Below, in pieces: positions 41,263 through 55,339 of a stretch of 64,000 nt of DNA. Numbering within the stretch: position 1 is the stretch's first letter; every line of letters starts with the position of its first letter. Under the pieces are notes generated by a model. The model ran no database searches, had not been told where the DNA came from, and worked only from the letters and a program-made list of their open reading frames with translations. The stretch lies in the NCBI RefSeq assembly GCF_009914755.1, contig NC_060936.1; one strand, given 5' to 3'. The position numbers and the translations under genes were made by a program. Origin of the DNA: the human T2T-CHM13v2.0 reference genome, Homo sapiens.

Positions 41263-41996
41263 TTAAAAAACAAGGAGAGGCTATAAAAAGCCAGCAGGCT
41301 GGCAGCCCCTGGAGGAACACAGAGGATCGGAACTCTCCACAAGGCCCATTCCCAGTGAATCGCTGTCCTCGGACCACCATGACCGCTCCCTGAGGAGCTG
41401 TGCTCTCACTGAAGAACTTTCTCCTCGCTACTTGACCTCATGAGAGCTTGCTCTGTGCACCAGCCCTACCTATCCTAGGATATTTGTCCTAAAAAATCAG
41501 TGGGGATTGTTTATTACTGTAGTAGCCTGAAGCAGCAATACAAGTTGAAGCTGAGAAGAGGCTGGCCAAAAAAAATTAAAAGGAATTATTGTGGAATGAC
41601 ATGTTCTTATAAAGCTTTGAAAAGCTCCGATATATTCCTGAGAACTTAGAAGGCCAGGTGCACATGCAGGGCTGTGTGTCCTCTGGGAGAGAACTAAGAG
41701 GGCCCCTGCTCACCTGGGCTGACTGGGATGCTCCCTGCCAGCGTGGGCAACAGCTAAGGCAGAGCTGTAAGCTGTCTGCCAGGATGGTGAAGGCATTCCC
41801 CAACACACACCCACACAGCCCTCAGCAAAGTCTGAGAAAATTCTCATTTCAAGGAATTTGAGGAAATCTCTGTTCAGTCATTATCTGACCACTAAGCTAA
41901 CCAAGTACATGTCCGTGTCTTCACAAAAAAAAAGAAAGCAGACTGTATAGAATTAGTCCAGGGAAGTCTAAAGCAAGAAAACAATGACAGCAATAA

Positions 41997-42432
<436 letters not shown>

Positions 42433-43344
42433 TAACTACACAGTTGTAATAAAACCGTGCGGTACTGCCATAAGGACAGACATATAGATCTGTAGACTAG
42501 AATTGAGAGACCAAAAATAAACCCTAGCATCTATGGTCAGTTGGTTTTCAACAAGAGTACCAATACAATTAAATGGAAAAAGAATTGTCTCTTCAAAAAG
42601 TCATATTGAAACAATTAGACATCCACATGCAGAAAAATGAATTTGGACCCCTACCTCCCATTATACATAATATAGCTTAAAATTCATTAGACCTAAATGT
42701 AACAGCTAAAACTATAAAAGTGTTAGAATAAAACACAGGAGGAATCCTTGTGATACAACTTTTCTGGATTGTGATTCTGGTGGTCACAGGATCTACACAT
42801 GTGATTAAAATGCACAGAAATGAGTGCATATAAAGCCAGAAATTTGAAGAAGGTGGTGGACTCCATCATTGTAAACGTCCTGGCTGTCATGTACTATAGT
42901 CGTATATGATGTTACCCTTGGAGGAAACTGGGGGAGGTGTATTGGGGATCTCGCTGTATTCTTTCTGACAACTGCGTGTGAATATTCAATTATCTTAAAA
43001 TAAGTCTCAATACACACACAATATATCACACCAATATATAATGTAATTCCTAATATCGTGTTTGTCTAATTTTCACACCTTCACTTTGATACATTGTGCT
43101 CCCCTTATCCTTCCAATAAACTACCTTTCTGCTTATGAGAACAAGTCAGCGTCTGTTGCTGGCATCCAAATGTCCCTAACACCCCCTCACAGGCTGCTAG
43201 AAGCCTCCACTGAGATCATGTGTGTGAGCCCCTTGATGGTTCCTAATGATGGCAATAGTTAACCTTTTCCACGCACCTGCCCTGCGCCTGGTCCTGCTCT
43301 GTTTTACATGAGCGAAGTCATTCAATTGCTCAGCCCTTGCCAGC

Positions 43345-43480
43345 TGCGCACACTCTTGCCCCACTTTACAAATGAAGCCACGAAGCCACATGGTGGTTGG
43401 AGGACTCACGGCAAGTGACGGAGCTGGGAAGGGGCCAATTCAGGACTCAGGTCAAGACATCCTGGTTCCAGAGCCCCACC
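43345..43480 (-). mobile_element. MIR fragment
   Basis: ccccactttacaaatgaag. Confidence 0.4.
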
Positions 43481-45737
43481 GTGACCCACCATGTTACTCA
43501 GCACAGGTGAGTTACACTGATCTTTATCTGTCTTTTCATGCCCTGGAGATGGAATTTTTCTAGAATGGCCACTGGCTCCCCCGCCTGGTACATCATGGAC
43601 TCGTAGTGCATGGCCCTGCCCTCAGATGCCTGTGACGTCAGAGATGGAGGATGGGCCTGCTGGGACCCCCGGCTCTGTCAGCTCCAGGAGCCTCGGGTTC
43701 GGGGGGACGATCCACAGGAATCCACGAGCCTCCCAGAACATGGAAGGCCATGGCCCCAGAGCATCCAAATTCCATCTAATGGCATTTTTCAGGAGTAAAG
43801 AAAGAGGCAGAACAGAAAATCCATACAGCTGCTGTGCCCGGAATGAACACGTTTTCATCAGAAGAGCAATCTCCCCTATCTCAGGGCTGAAGTCAGGCAA
43901 CAAAATCAATATCTGAAAACACCTACGAAAGTGTTAGAGCTTTTCAGTTTGGCTCCTGGGCCATTGCTAGTTGAAATTCCATCTAGCATACAGAGTTTGA
44001 GGGCTTTTTTCCCCTTTGTTCTTTTTGTCATTAAATTAGCCAAAGCGTTAAGTCCATGGGACCCAATCTATCGGTGTTTATTTTCTTTATTCAGTCAAAA
44101 CTGACCTCTACTCAATTTACATTTACAAGATATACAAAGAAATTAATAAGATGGGAAAGAACCCATTGCTAATGCGAGAATGTCTCTACGCGTAAAGAGA
44201 AGCAGATTCCCCTGCGGCTTCCAGCCAGAGGCAGGTTTTAAGAGTAAAGTTATTAGACGGCTAGCAGCTGGCTTTCTCTAAGCAATGTCAACAAGAGGCA
44301 GCCTCCAGAGACACGCGTGCTACAGAAATGTCTGTCAATAGCAATCAGATAACAACTCTTGACCTAAATATTTACCCAACAGCCTCAGCCACATGGTCCT
44401 TTTTCACACTGGAAAAGTCACAACACCAATACCTAGAGTGGCCAAGGCCATCCTACTGTAAGCCTTCCCTCCCCGCCCCTCTGTCTGGTGGGTAAGATGA
44501 ACTTTCTTTCATTTCTGGTAGAATATCTGAGATTATGGCCTGTCTAATGTTGGGCCAGAGGCAGAGAAAAAACCCAAATGCCCAGAGTTGACCGTTCAAG
44601 CCCCACCCAAGAGACACAAGCGTGCATCATCAAACCCAGCAACACGAGTTTCCAGAACAGAGCAGGCTGAGGTGTGCAGCCACTCAAGCCACTGGCCCCA
44701 GCGCCTGTCCGGGGCTCCATCTCCATGGGAGACTGAAAGCAGCGCCGGGTCCCGGTGCTGTGTGTCATCCTCATGCAGCTAGAGGTGCAGAAGCTCGGCA
44801 CTGGGTGTACTGAGGTGGCCGAGCCGTGGATACAGTCTGGAGAGCTTTGTCATATGGGAGCGTTGGCAAATGGAGTTATTGATCTTTAGACATGACACAA
44901 ACAGCCGGGGAAAATGAGCTTGCTCCTCAGCCGCAAGGGGCTCAGAGGGGAAGAACCTTGGGAACAGCAAAGGGGCAGCCAGGCACACAAAGGTCATGAC
45001 ACCCAGGGAGGTCCATGAGCCTCTGCGAGGGAGGTGGGGAGGCTGGGCCCCAGGCATCCCTGCTGGCTGTTTTCTGTGCACGCTGACCTGGCCCCCAGCT
45101 GACTGCTGTTCCTGGTTCTCTAATTAAAGGGTCAAGCTGCCGAGCCGCTGCTCTTTGCATGGGGAGAGGGATCCTGAATGGCCGGCCCATCAGCGCCTGT
45201 CCTAGCAGCATCAGACGACTCCCGACTGCAGGGGCCGCGGCGTCGTGGGTGGGACGGTGGTTTGTTACACGCATTCCCCCCTGCTCTCCCTGTGGGCTGA
45301 GGGCTGCCATGGAAATGGGACCTGTAGCCCCACCCCCAGGAGGGTGTCTGGTAGATAGCAGACCTTCAATCACTATTGAGCAAGATTCGTGGATAAAGAA
45401 TAAACAAAATGTAGATGGTCAGTAAATGTTTGTTGAAAAATACACTACTTTCTTACACAAATGGACACCATGATATATGTTCTATTCACTCTTTGTGTCT
45501 GCCTTCTTTCTTAAACATTTTATTTAGAAGCAATTATCTTTCTCGTTCCTCTCTTTCTCCATTACTGCCTTCTTTTGTATTAAATGGGTATTTTTTTTAG
45601 TGTACCATTTTCATTCTGTTTATTTTACCATGGTTTTTGTGACTTTCTTACTGGTTGTCCCTGGAGCTTCTCAGGTGAGGTGGGTGAGTGTCCCAGCAAG
45701 GGAAGGTTTCCACCTGTGTTATCAAATCACCTGGAGC

Positions 45738-45845
45738 AGGAACTGAGGGTTTGTGGGGACATCCACTTACAGCTGTATTTGGAAACATGAGGGCTTGTTT
45801 CCAAATACGGCTGTAAGTGGATGTCCCCACAAACCCTCAGTTCCT
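45738..45845. repeat. Inverted repeat with 50-bp arms, 8-nt loop and 1 mismatch
   Basis: Left arm 45738-45787 aggaactgagggtttgtggggacatccacttacagctgtatttggaaaca is the reverse complement of 45796-45845 at 49 of 50 positions. Confidence 0.97.
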
Positions 45846-47559
45846 TGCCCTTATTTACTGATAAAAACAAACACACACTCGCTCTCTCACACACACTAAC
45901 AGCCGAGGAATCACATCTTTAAACACACCTGGCCTCTGGCAGGGGCCTTCCCTGCACTCTGACCCCCTCTCTCCCATCACAGACTCCAGCCTGGTCTCAA
46001 AAGGGACCCAGAGCCTGGGTGCCTCTCACCTGAGATCCGTACAAGGGAAGCTGCCCAACCCAGGACAGATCCACATCAGGAAACACAGACAGTGACAGGC
46101 AAGGGCCTGTCTCTGATGCCTCCTCCCACGGGACAGGGGTGACTCCAGTTCTGGCTCCAGAGGGAGCTGGGCTCTGGCACCGCACACCAGCCTCAATCAG
46201 CGGCTGCAGCACACGGAGCCAGGAGTCCACATGGAGCACATCTGAACGGCCCTTCCCAAAGCTGCCCCTGTGGCCCCCGTGAGGGCTCAACTGTGGATGA
46301 CAAAGGAAAAGTCTGTTACTGCAGGACCTGAGCCTTCTCCGTGACTGTTTTTCAGACAAGGTTCACTCTGGTTCAGAAATCAAATCAGGCACGAGCAACA
46401 CCAGCAGGTGTGCTTTCTCTCTGATCAATCACGTCCCAAGCCACGCTGTCACGCTGCTTTCTCCCCTCTACTGAGCCACCCACCTGGTGCAGAAAAAAAA
46501 TCAAAACCCCGACATCACTTTCTAACCATAAAGCAGATCGCAGGACAGCACCTAGTACTCCGGAACCGGAGGCAAATCTGTCGAGAAAGAGCTTCTGAGA
46601 GTGGAGGAGTGGGTGGACGAGGCTGGGGGAACAGAGATGACTTCCAATCCAGACCTTCTGTCCTGCCCAGCAGGCCTGTCCACCGGCACACCAGCTGGAG
46701 ATGAGAAGGAGGAAAGCTCAGGCCACGGTGCTTACAAGGGCCAGCTGAACACTTGAGGACTAACTGGTTCTCCAAGAAAATCCTCTCTCCTTTTGTTTCT
46801 AATGCAAGAGACGAATGCAAGAAACATTAGGATTTGCTTGATTCATTCAAGTAGCACCAATTGTTATTCTATGGAAAACTATAGGGACCTCGTGTTTTTA
46901 TTGTCTCTACCCACTAGAAGATGGATTTTTTTAAGTGTGAGGTCCATTACACTACGATATTTCATAAAATACATACTGATGCACCATGGGCCGTGCAGCA
47001 AATCTCCTCCATTCTCAAACAGAAGGCCATGCTTCCTTTTCCTGCATCCACAGATGAAGTCATCACCAGGCAGCCTATGCACTAGGTGTGACCGCAGATG
47101 CACTCAGGGCACAGGTAGCATTTGATGCCTGTAACCAGGGTCCAGCTGAGTCCCCAGGAAACCATCTCTAACAAGAGTACAGTTTGCAAATAAAAGACAC
47201 TGGCAGCCTAAAGGGGGTACACTGAGCACTCCATGCAGTCAAGTGACATTCAGTTTATTTTTTATTTTATTGTTATTTTATTTTAATTTGGGATTCAATG
47301 TCTTTAGCAGGTCATCCACATGTCCTTGCCACCCTCCCTATTGTGCTCACCTGCCCCTCTTTCCCTTAATTTCTGTTTCCTGCCTGGCCCCTGGAGACAT
47401 CTGAATCTTCACCCCTTTTAGATGTGCACAAACAGATACATATACATAAAGAACTGGAAAAGACTCAGAACTGGCAAAGGCTCAGGAAGTCCAACTCAGA
47501 AAGCACAAATCAGGGGGAAAAAATAGAACTGAAAGCCCATGTACAAGCTCCATAACTAC

Positions 47560-48032
47560 CTTCTATCCATTTCTCCATCTACCGGTCATCCATCCATCAT
47601 CCATTCACCCGTTTGTCCATCCACCCACCTATTCATCCACCTGTCCATCCATCCATCCATCCATCCACCCATCCATTCATCCATACACCCATACATCCAT
47701 TTATTCATCCACTCATGCATCCACCCACCCATCCATCTGTCCATCTATCCATCCACCCATCCATTCATCCATCCATCCATCCATTCATCCATCCACCCAT
47801 ACATCCACCCACCCACTCATCCAAACATCCATCTATCCATCCCCTATCCATCCATCCATTCATCTATCAATTCATCCATCCATTCATCCACCATCTACCC
47901 ATCCATTCACCCATCCATCCATCCATCCACCCATCCAACCATTCATTCATCCATCCATCCACCCATGCATCCATCCATCCACCCACCCACTCACCATCCA
48001 CCCACCCATCCATCCATCCATCTGTCCATTCT
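47560..48032. repeat. (CCAT/CATT)n tetranucleotide repeat
   Basis: About 470 bp of ccat, catt and ccac units; source of the HPSI/IHP ORFs. Confidence 0.96.
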
Positions 48033-48135
48033 TCAGTTACTGAGCCACTGCTATGTCCCAGCAGCATTCCAAACCCTGGTGATGCACCAGAAACAAAAGG
48101 GACAAACATCCACCCTCCTAGAGATATTCTTCTCA
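48025..48135 (-). mobile_element. L2 3' end adjoining the (CCAT)n tract
   Basis: catt...ttactgagc.actgctatgtcccag..cattc...ctggtgatgca...ccctcctagag. Confidence 0.6.
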
Positions 48136-48159
48136 TAGGAAGGCGGCCCCTGTGGAATT

Positions 48160-48310
48160 ATGAAAAGGACAGGTCAGACAGACCTAGGAGGCAGGTTCCA
48201 GCTCAGCAATGCATTAGCTCTGTGACCTTGGACATGAAGCTCAACGTCTCTGAACTTGATTTACTCGTGTGGAAACAACAGGACCCACTTTGTAGGGTTG
48301 TGTTAACATA
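48160..48310 (+). mobile_element. MIR
   Basis: gtcagacagacct...tagctctgtgaccttggaca...tctctgaac...tagggttgtg. Confidence 0.65.
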
Positions 48311-50392
48311 ATATTATCTCATCTGACTGTGGAGTGAATGATGCCACCTCAACATATTAACTCAACTTCCTGCCCTTACCTGCCCAGGGCTGTGTCCCTT
48401 CCTCCTCCAAGCACTCTCCCGCCCAGGTTCAGCATTGCAGCTGGAGGAAATGCAGCTGGCTGTCTCCCACCTCTGCCATTACACTAGGACTGTATTATTC
48501 TGTTGAGCTGGATTCCGTTTCTGCACACAGAGCTGACCACCAAGTAAGTAAGCGAAGGGGCAGCAGGTAACAGATTGCTACTGATTCCAAGAGGACTCGT
48601 GTCTAAAGTTCTCAAGAGGCCAGGCTGGATGTGGCACGGGCCCTCCTCCCTCCCTCTCCTCAGGACATAATTCCACCCCAGGTCACTGGAGGAAGCAGCC
48701 CCAGGGTCTTTTGGGGACCGTGGGCACCACACTGAGAGGGCGGGGCTCCTCACCATGGGTCCAGACATTTCAAGTCTATTTATAATTACACCTCTGACCT
48801 GCAAGATTTGGTCTGAGGCCTGCAATAGTTGGGGCTGGAGGAGGAAGAATATCACGACATGGACAGCTCTGAGCTCTTTCATGAGGTTGAGCCTCACGGG
48901 GGTGTCCAGGTCCCAATAGCAAACGTTCCGTTAGAGGATGGAAATGTTCCATAAAAGGCATCCTAGGAGGAGGGGACTTCAAGACTCTGCCCACTCTATC
49001 CAGGTAACATGGATTGGCGGACTAAGCCTCCAAGATCCCAGAAGACACATCCCATGAGCTCAGCCCAAGGGTCAAGCAGAAGAATGGTTGAGATGGGCCC
49101 TGAGCATCCAGGGAATGAGCGGGCAGCAAGATCATTAGTGATTTTATATCCCACATCCCAAAGTTGTCCTCCAAAGAAAGCAGCAGTGGCTTTTTATAAA
49201 AGCAATTAGCAGGAAGAGGGGAATAGACCTAGATGGGAGGAACCTCAAGATCCTTGCCAGGGAGTGATGAGGTTGGCCATGGAATAAGAACCAAACTCCA
49301 GCATTTCTGCCCTAGTGCTTGTGGGAACTGCCAACCCCATGAGCTCTGATTGACGAGCAGCGTGTCCCGGGTCGACCTCACTGATGAGCACACTGAACTC
49401 AGCTGTCCGGGGGGCATGGTTCATATCCCTTCCGCCCACGGCAGACAGGTGTAAGGATTCCAGAGGCCAGCCCACCTTCCCCTTCCTTGGTGTGTCTACC
49501 TCCTGAGGGACAGGTGGGTGAGGTGGAAGAGGGGCCAACAAGGAGACATCTGCTGTTCTCCAGGCAGGGGTGGGGGTCTGAGCTCGGAGCTGGTGGAGGG
49601 GGTGGGAGAGATGGACGCACTCTTGTTCTAATATTCGATCTTGGCACCGCGTCTATCTGGACTTAGTGGCCACCTGAGCCGTCCCCTCCACCCTGTCCAT
49701 CTTGGAGATCAGTCCCCTTCCAAGATTTCTGTGATCCAAAAGTATTCCTCAATCCGCTAGACTGCTCAGATGCATGCCATCCACTTCTACAAGCCTCAAA
49801 ACGAAGTCTTCACACAGGTTAGTGGCTGAGAAACAGATGCAGTGCAGGTCTGCAGACTCTGGCTGTCGTGGGTCGAGCATGGCCAGCTCTACGGTGAGCT
49901 CCTCAACTCAGAGTTACTCACACCCTGCTACCCAAAGATCATCTCTCCTCATTTCATCCCATACGTCAGTTGGACAGCATGGGCAATCCAGCTTCTACCA
50001 GTGTTATTCTCCCTCCCTGGCGTCTTGACCCTCGCCGTGCAGTGACTGTCCACACACAGGAGCCCACATAGGGTTGAGCTGTGACCAGTTCCCCACCCAG
50101 GACAGTCAGGCTGGGCCCCTCTCCTCCTGGAGCCACAGCTGCATCCATGCCCCGCTTGCTTCCTGAGGCACATGCTTTGATTTTATTAGGAAACAAGTAT
50201 CCCAAGTGCAGCCTGGGTGGGAGCCCAGGAGGCAGTCACTCCAGCCAGTGTCATCCAGGGCCCCCACGGCCCTGGGTCAGAGTCTCGCCTCCACCATTCA
50301 GAAGCTTCGTTGGCCGCCACCCTCAGGCCTTCTCTAGACTCTTCTCTCCCAGGGCCTCTTGCCCCTAGAACAGGTGGGTTACAAATCATTTA

Positions 50393-50698
<306 letters not shown>

Positions 50699-52169
50699 TC
50701 ATTCAGTCTGAATTCCTCCAGAGTCTTCTGCACACTGCACTCTCACGTGCTATTCACACTCCATGTGCAAAGAAAGCAGCTGAGCGAGGCGGCTCCGGAA
50801 AGACCCTCCCAGCCTTCCTATGCGGACTCCTCCCCACACCAGGACTCCTGGGGGCTGGTTCTGGGCACCAGCCTCGATGAGGACGTTCTTACAGCAGTGA
50901 AGGGATGGGCAGTGGCCCCAGCACCAACATTCCTAGGTACTCATTCCCAAGGCCACTTCTCAGGAGACGCAGCTTTCTACAGCCAGAAAAAAAAAAAAAA
51001 CCTTCCTTCTAGTTTATTAAACTGCTTTATAGGCTCTAACCCATGACCAAAGGAGTGTAGGATCAATATAGGTAAATTATGAATCTGCCTCTCTCTCTTT
51101 TTCTTTCTCCCAATCTTCTGTCTTTCTCTCAAATGGCCTTCAAATGGGAAAAATACTGCTTTAATAACACAAAGTCCACAACAGGCCTCCCTAATACGTC
51201 TCCTTGGAGGGAGGATTAGCAGGTAATCACACTTACAACTAGAGGCACAGCCCCTGCGGGGGCGATATCAGCACCTCCCAGGGTGCATCATAGTCTTACT
51301 TCTGTACTGTCTCCATTCCTATCAGAAGGCTGATAGGTTTCAGCTGCTGTGAAATGTTGATCCACATCACAGCCTGGCTCTAGGGCTGTCCAGGGTAAGA
51401 TACACGTGTGGGGCTCTCACACTTCCCAGAGCTCATTCCCCATGGAAGAGAGCCAGTTCCACCCGGGGTGGGGAGCGGGATTCTAGGAGCTACCCACTCA
51501 TGGCCAGGGCTGCCTGGGGAGGTGACAGTCGGCACGTCCCATCCCTGGCTTCCTTTGGTCCAGAACTGCCCCTTCCAGGTTCCATGCGAGTTCATAAATG
51601 GAAGAGTTGAGCCCAGACTCCCCAGGTCCTGATCTCAGGAAGATGCTTTTCTTACACCCACTGAGCACACGAACTCCTTCCCCTCCGTTTCCCCTTTCTC
51701 TTTAAGGGGGACGTTTTCAATGCAACCCCCAAACCAATAAGACCCTCTGGGCCCCAAGATCAGACAAACATTTCCAGGACCCGGAATGGAGAGCCAGAGG
51801 GAAGCCTCCTGGCGGGGACTCTGGTCCAGACAGGCTGTGGGCTCCTTTGGGGAGGTGGCCCCCGAGGGTCATGAGACCTATGGGCAGCTTTGGGAGTTGG
51901 CCCCCCAGGGCTGCAGGAGCAGCGCCAGCCTGGGGCGAGCTGTGAACACAGAAGACCCTCAACGCCACCTATAGCCACGAAAATGCTAAGTAAACCTTCA
52001 CAGGATGCTATGTCCCACCGAAATTTAAAATCTGATGCGGTGCTGTGATGCAGAGCCACCCTGACTCCTCGTGCTGCTGGTGTGGGTGTGGCCACTCTGG
52101 AGAGTGACACGGCAGACGCCGGCCATCCTGATGCGTGGTCCTGTCCCCAGCCACGCGCCCAGGCGGGCA

Positions 52170-52732
52170 CCTGGGAAACTCACATGTGTACACAGAGACA
52201 CACCGGTGGGATTATGGCAGCTTTGTTTATAGCAGCAAAAATAAAAATGAAATATTTGAAACTAGCCAAATACCTACCAGGAAGAAAACTACTCAATTAA
52301 CGTAGAAAATACATATAATTAAATGCTACCCCTTTGGGGGAAATTTGTTTTTGAGACTTACCCATGTGAGTGTATGAAGCTGTACTTTATTCATTTTAGC
52401 TGTTGTTATTGAGAGTTAAAACCAAAAAAGCAACTTTCTACATGGTTTATATAGACACTCATATACGGCAGAAGCGTAAGCACTTGCAAAGGAAAGACAG
52501 ACACCAAATTCAAGGTAGGAGTTACATCTGGTTGGAAAAACTGAGGCAGAAGCAGAGAAGGCTTCAACTCTGCCCGAATACCGCATCTCATCAGAACACA
52601 TCTCTGACGCTATCACGCTGGCCATGCTGATGGCTTCATCAGTGTATGCAAATGTCTAAACACATCAAACTGCAGATGTTAAAAACATGCAGGTTTGTGT
52701 CTATCAACCATACCTCAAGAATGCTGTTAAAA
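52170..52732 (+). mobile_element. L1MC/ME 3' fragments
   Basis: gcagctttgtttatagcagcaaaa and gatggcttca..gtgtatgc.aatgtc.aaacacatcaaactg...tcaaccatacctcaa. Confidence 0.55.
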
Positions 52733-55339
52733 TTGTGTCTGAAGGAAACATGGCCAGATGTAAATGTTTACTGGGGAAGGTAGTTGGTACGAGGCATCTG
52801 TTAGGATTCTCCGGGCTCCCTCCTAGAGGCCCCACCTTCAGAGCTGCCTGTTGCCCTGAAAGAGCTTGGGAGACCACAAGCATCTCATCAGTCACGCCCA
52901 TAAAGCAGGGAAGGGGGCTACATGGTGGAAGGCCCCTGTCTGGCTGCTCAGCATCTCTGCACCCGGCGATTCCTCTCCTACTCCCCCCGGCTCCCCACTG
53001 AGCAGATTCCCCATCACTGGGTCTGAGCCAGCCGGGCCACTCCTCTCTGGCCCCTGTGTTCTGGCAGTGGCACCGTCAGGGTAGGTGAGATGCAGCGAGG
53101 CTCAGGCTGGGGAAGCACGACAGAATCTTGAACCTCCCGTTCGGGATGAGGAAGGGGTGGCCAGGGGCGGCGGGGGCCACCTTGTTCTGACAGTGGCACA
53201 GTGCGGTGGATCAGAGCTGAGAGGGGGCTTCCAGACGCGCCACGTCAGCCCTGACCAACCCATGCCTGCTGGGTTAGAGAACCCGTGAAATCGCCTTTGT
53301 GTATCATGAAGTTTGGGTCAGATTTGCTGTCACTTGCGGTCAATATTGTCCTGACTGATGCACATAGAAAGAGGAGAAAGCAGGGAGGAAATGGACTGGA
53401 CGTCAACACCCTCCCCAGGATCCCAAGGAAGAGAAGCCCGTGCCAGCCTTGGCGGAGGCAGGCGCCTGGCTGCAGACCTCCAGCAGAGCCCTGGAAGCTG
53501 CATGTAATTCCTCCGTGAATGTGAAGCAACAGCCCTCAGGGAGAACAGAGCTCTTGCCCCAGTTGGAAGCTGTGCCAGTTACAGAAGAAGAGCTCGCCCT
53601 GGGGACCAAGTTCAGGAACAGATGAGAAGACGAGAGAAGCAACGGCAACATGGCCAAAAGGTCAGGGTGAAATGGCAGGAAGCTGGCAGGTCCCTACCCA
53701 CACCAGCCTCAGGACAGGGCCCTGAACAGGGCGGGACTCGGTGCAGGGGGTCTCACAGCTGAAGCCCTGCTCCACCCCTCAGACATCAGAGCCCATCTGG
53801 ATCCTGAATAAGCAGCCATAAAGGAGGCTGGTGCTGTCAGAGGCGGAAAGCAAGCCCCTGTCTCGGGGGGGTAGCTCACAGAGCCCAGTGTTCCTGGCCA
53901 GAGCTTTTTCCAACGTGCGGTGCACCAGCAACCCCCGCTCAGCTCTGCTACCGTGAGCCCCTTCTCTCCAGGTCGTTTGTCTTTTCTGCTCTGATAAAGG
54001 AGTGTCCTGTGCAGAGCCCAGGAGCTGGAGGTTTTCAGGTCAGAATTTGCCCTGCAGGGTTATAAAAGACGTGATTTCTGAAGCACCAGGAGGAGATCTC
54101 AACATAAACCATTTCATCCGAAAAGTGAGAGGAATATAAGAGCTTAGAAGGATCCTGTCTCAAAACAAGTTTGAGTTCTTGTAAATCTGAGCCTCAATCC
54201 ATTGTCCTCAAAAAGAGAATGTCCATTCCTTCTCCGAACAGTCACCTATTAGCTGAAAAATATTAAGAGAACTCCAGGAAATCTGAAACCCACAGCTGTT
54301 ACCAACACTGCCTGACTTGTTTACACAGAGGATTTTCAATGGAAACTGTCTGTTTAAATGTAACTGCCCAAATCATATTCCAAATTGAATAATGTAAAAA
54401 AAAATGAAGTGAAGCCTACAGTATCTGGAGTTGACAGCAAACAAGGTGGGGTGGGTGGATCCGGGCACTGCTCAGAAGGCCCAGCGCAGGCTGGCCCTGC
54501 TCGCACGCAGACCTGAGGGACCTGAGCACACCAAGGCTCTTCCCATTTAGAGTTGGGGACTTCAGTCATGTAGTGGGTCACCAAAGGCCACAGGGTGGGG
54601 GGAGCACTGTCCAGCTGGGACAGACAGTGGTTCCTGCACAGACTCAGAGCATCAGCAGCCAATGAGTGATCTGAACACTTGGACAAGTGGGCCACCCCAC
54701 TTTTCAGAGGGACAGGACAGACCTGGGGCAGAGGAGCACCTCCCTGGGTCACACCTGGGGCAGCAGCAGCCTCAAGTGGCCACAGACTCAGTCCCGCTTC
54801 TCCAGGCTCTGGGCTTTGGGCAGAGCCCCGTGCTCACACCTCCCATGCTGTCCCCAACCTGGAGCAGGCATTGTCCACACTGACCCCAACACCCAGAGGG
54901 TTTCAGCCTACGCAGGCAGGGCACAGTGACTGCGGTGTTCACAGACATAATCCAAGCAGAGAGGCTCAGTGCCCACAGACACCAGGGGATAAATGAATGG
55001 TCAGACAGATGGCAGGGCAGGAACGCCATCTCTGAGATGCAGGGGAAGAGAGTAAACAACAGCAATAAAAAGACAGCATGGGTTATAAAAGAACCAGGGC
55101 TGGGAGGCAAAGAGGAATTCTAACACACGGCTTCCCCGTGCCACCTGCCACCTGCCCTGGGCTCAGCGCACACAGGCCCCCCTGTTGCTGTGAAGACGCT
55201 GATCTAAGAGGACAGGGGAAGACCAAGGACTCCACGCTGCTGGGTCATTTTAACCCCTCCACACAGGCCTGGTGACCGTCCCCGTGTCTCAACAGTCGGA
55301 GCAAAATGCACAGAGGAAAGGGGTCAAATCCCCAAAAGA

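Noticed and set aside
47539-48311. HPSI-repeat ORFs of 199-232 aa
   Set aside because: These are translations of (CCAT)n running into L2 and MIR sequence.
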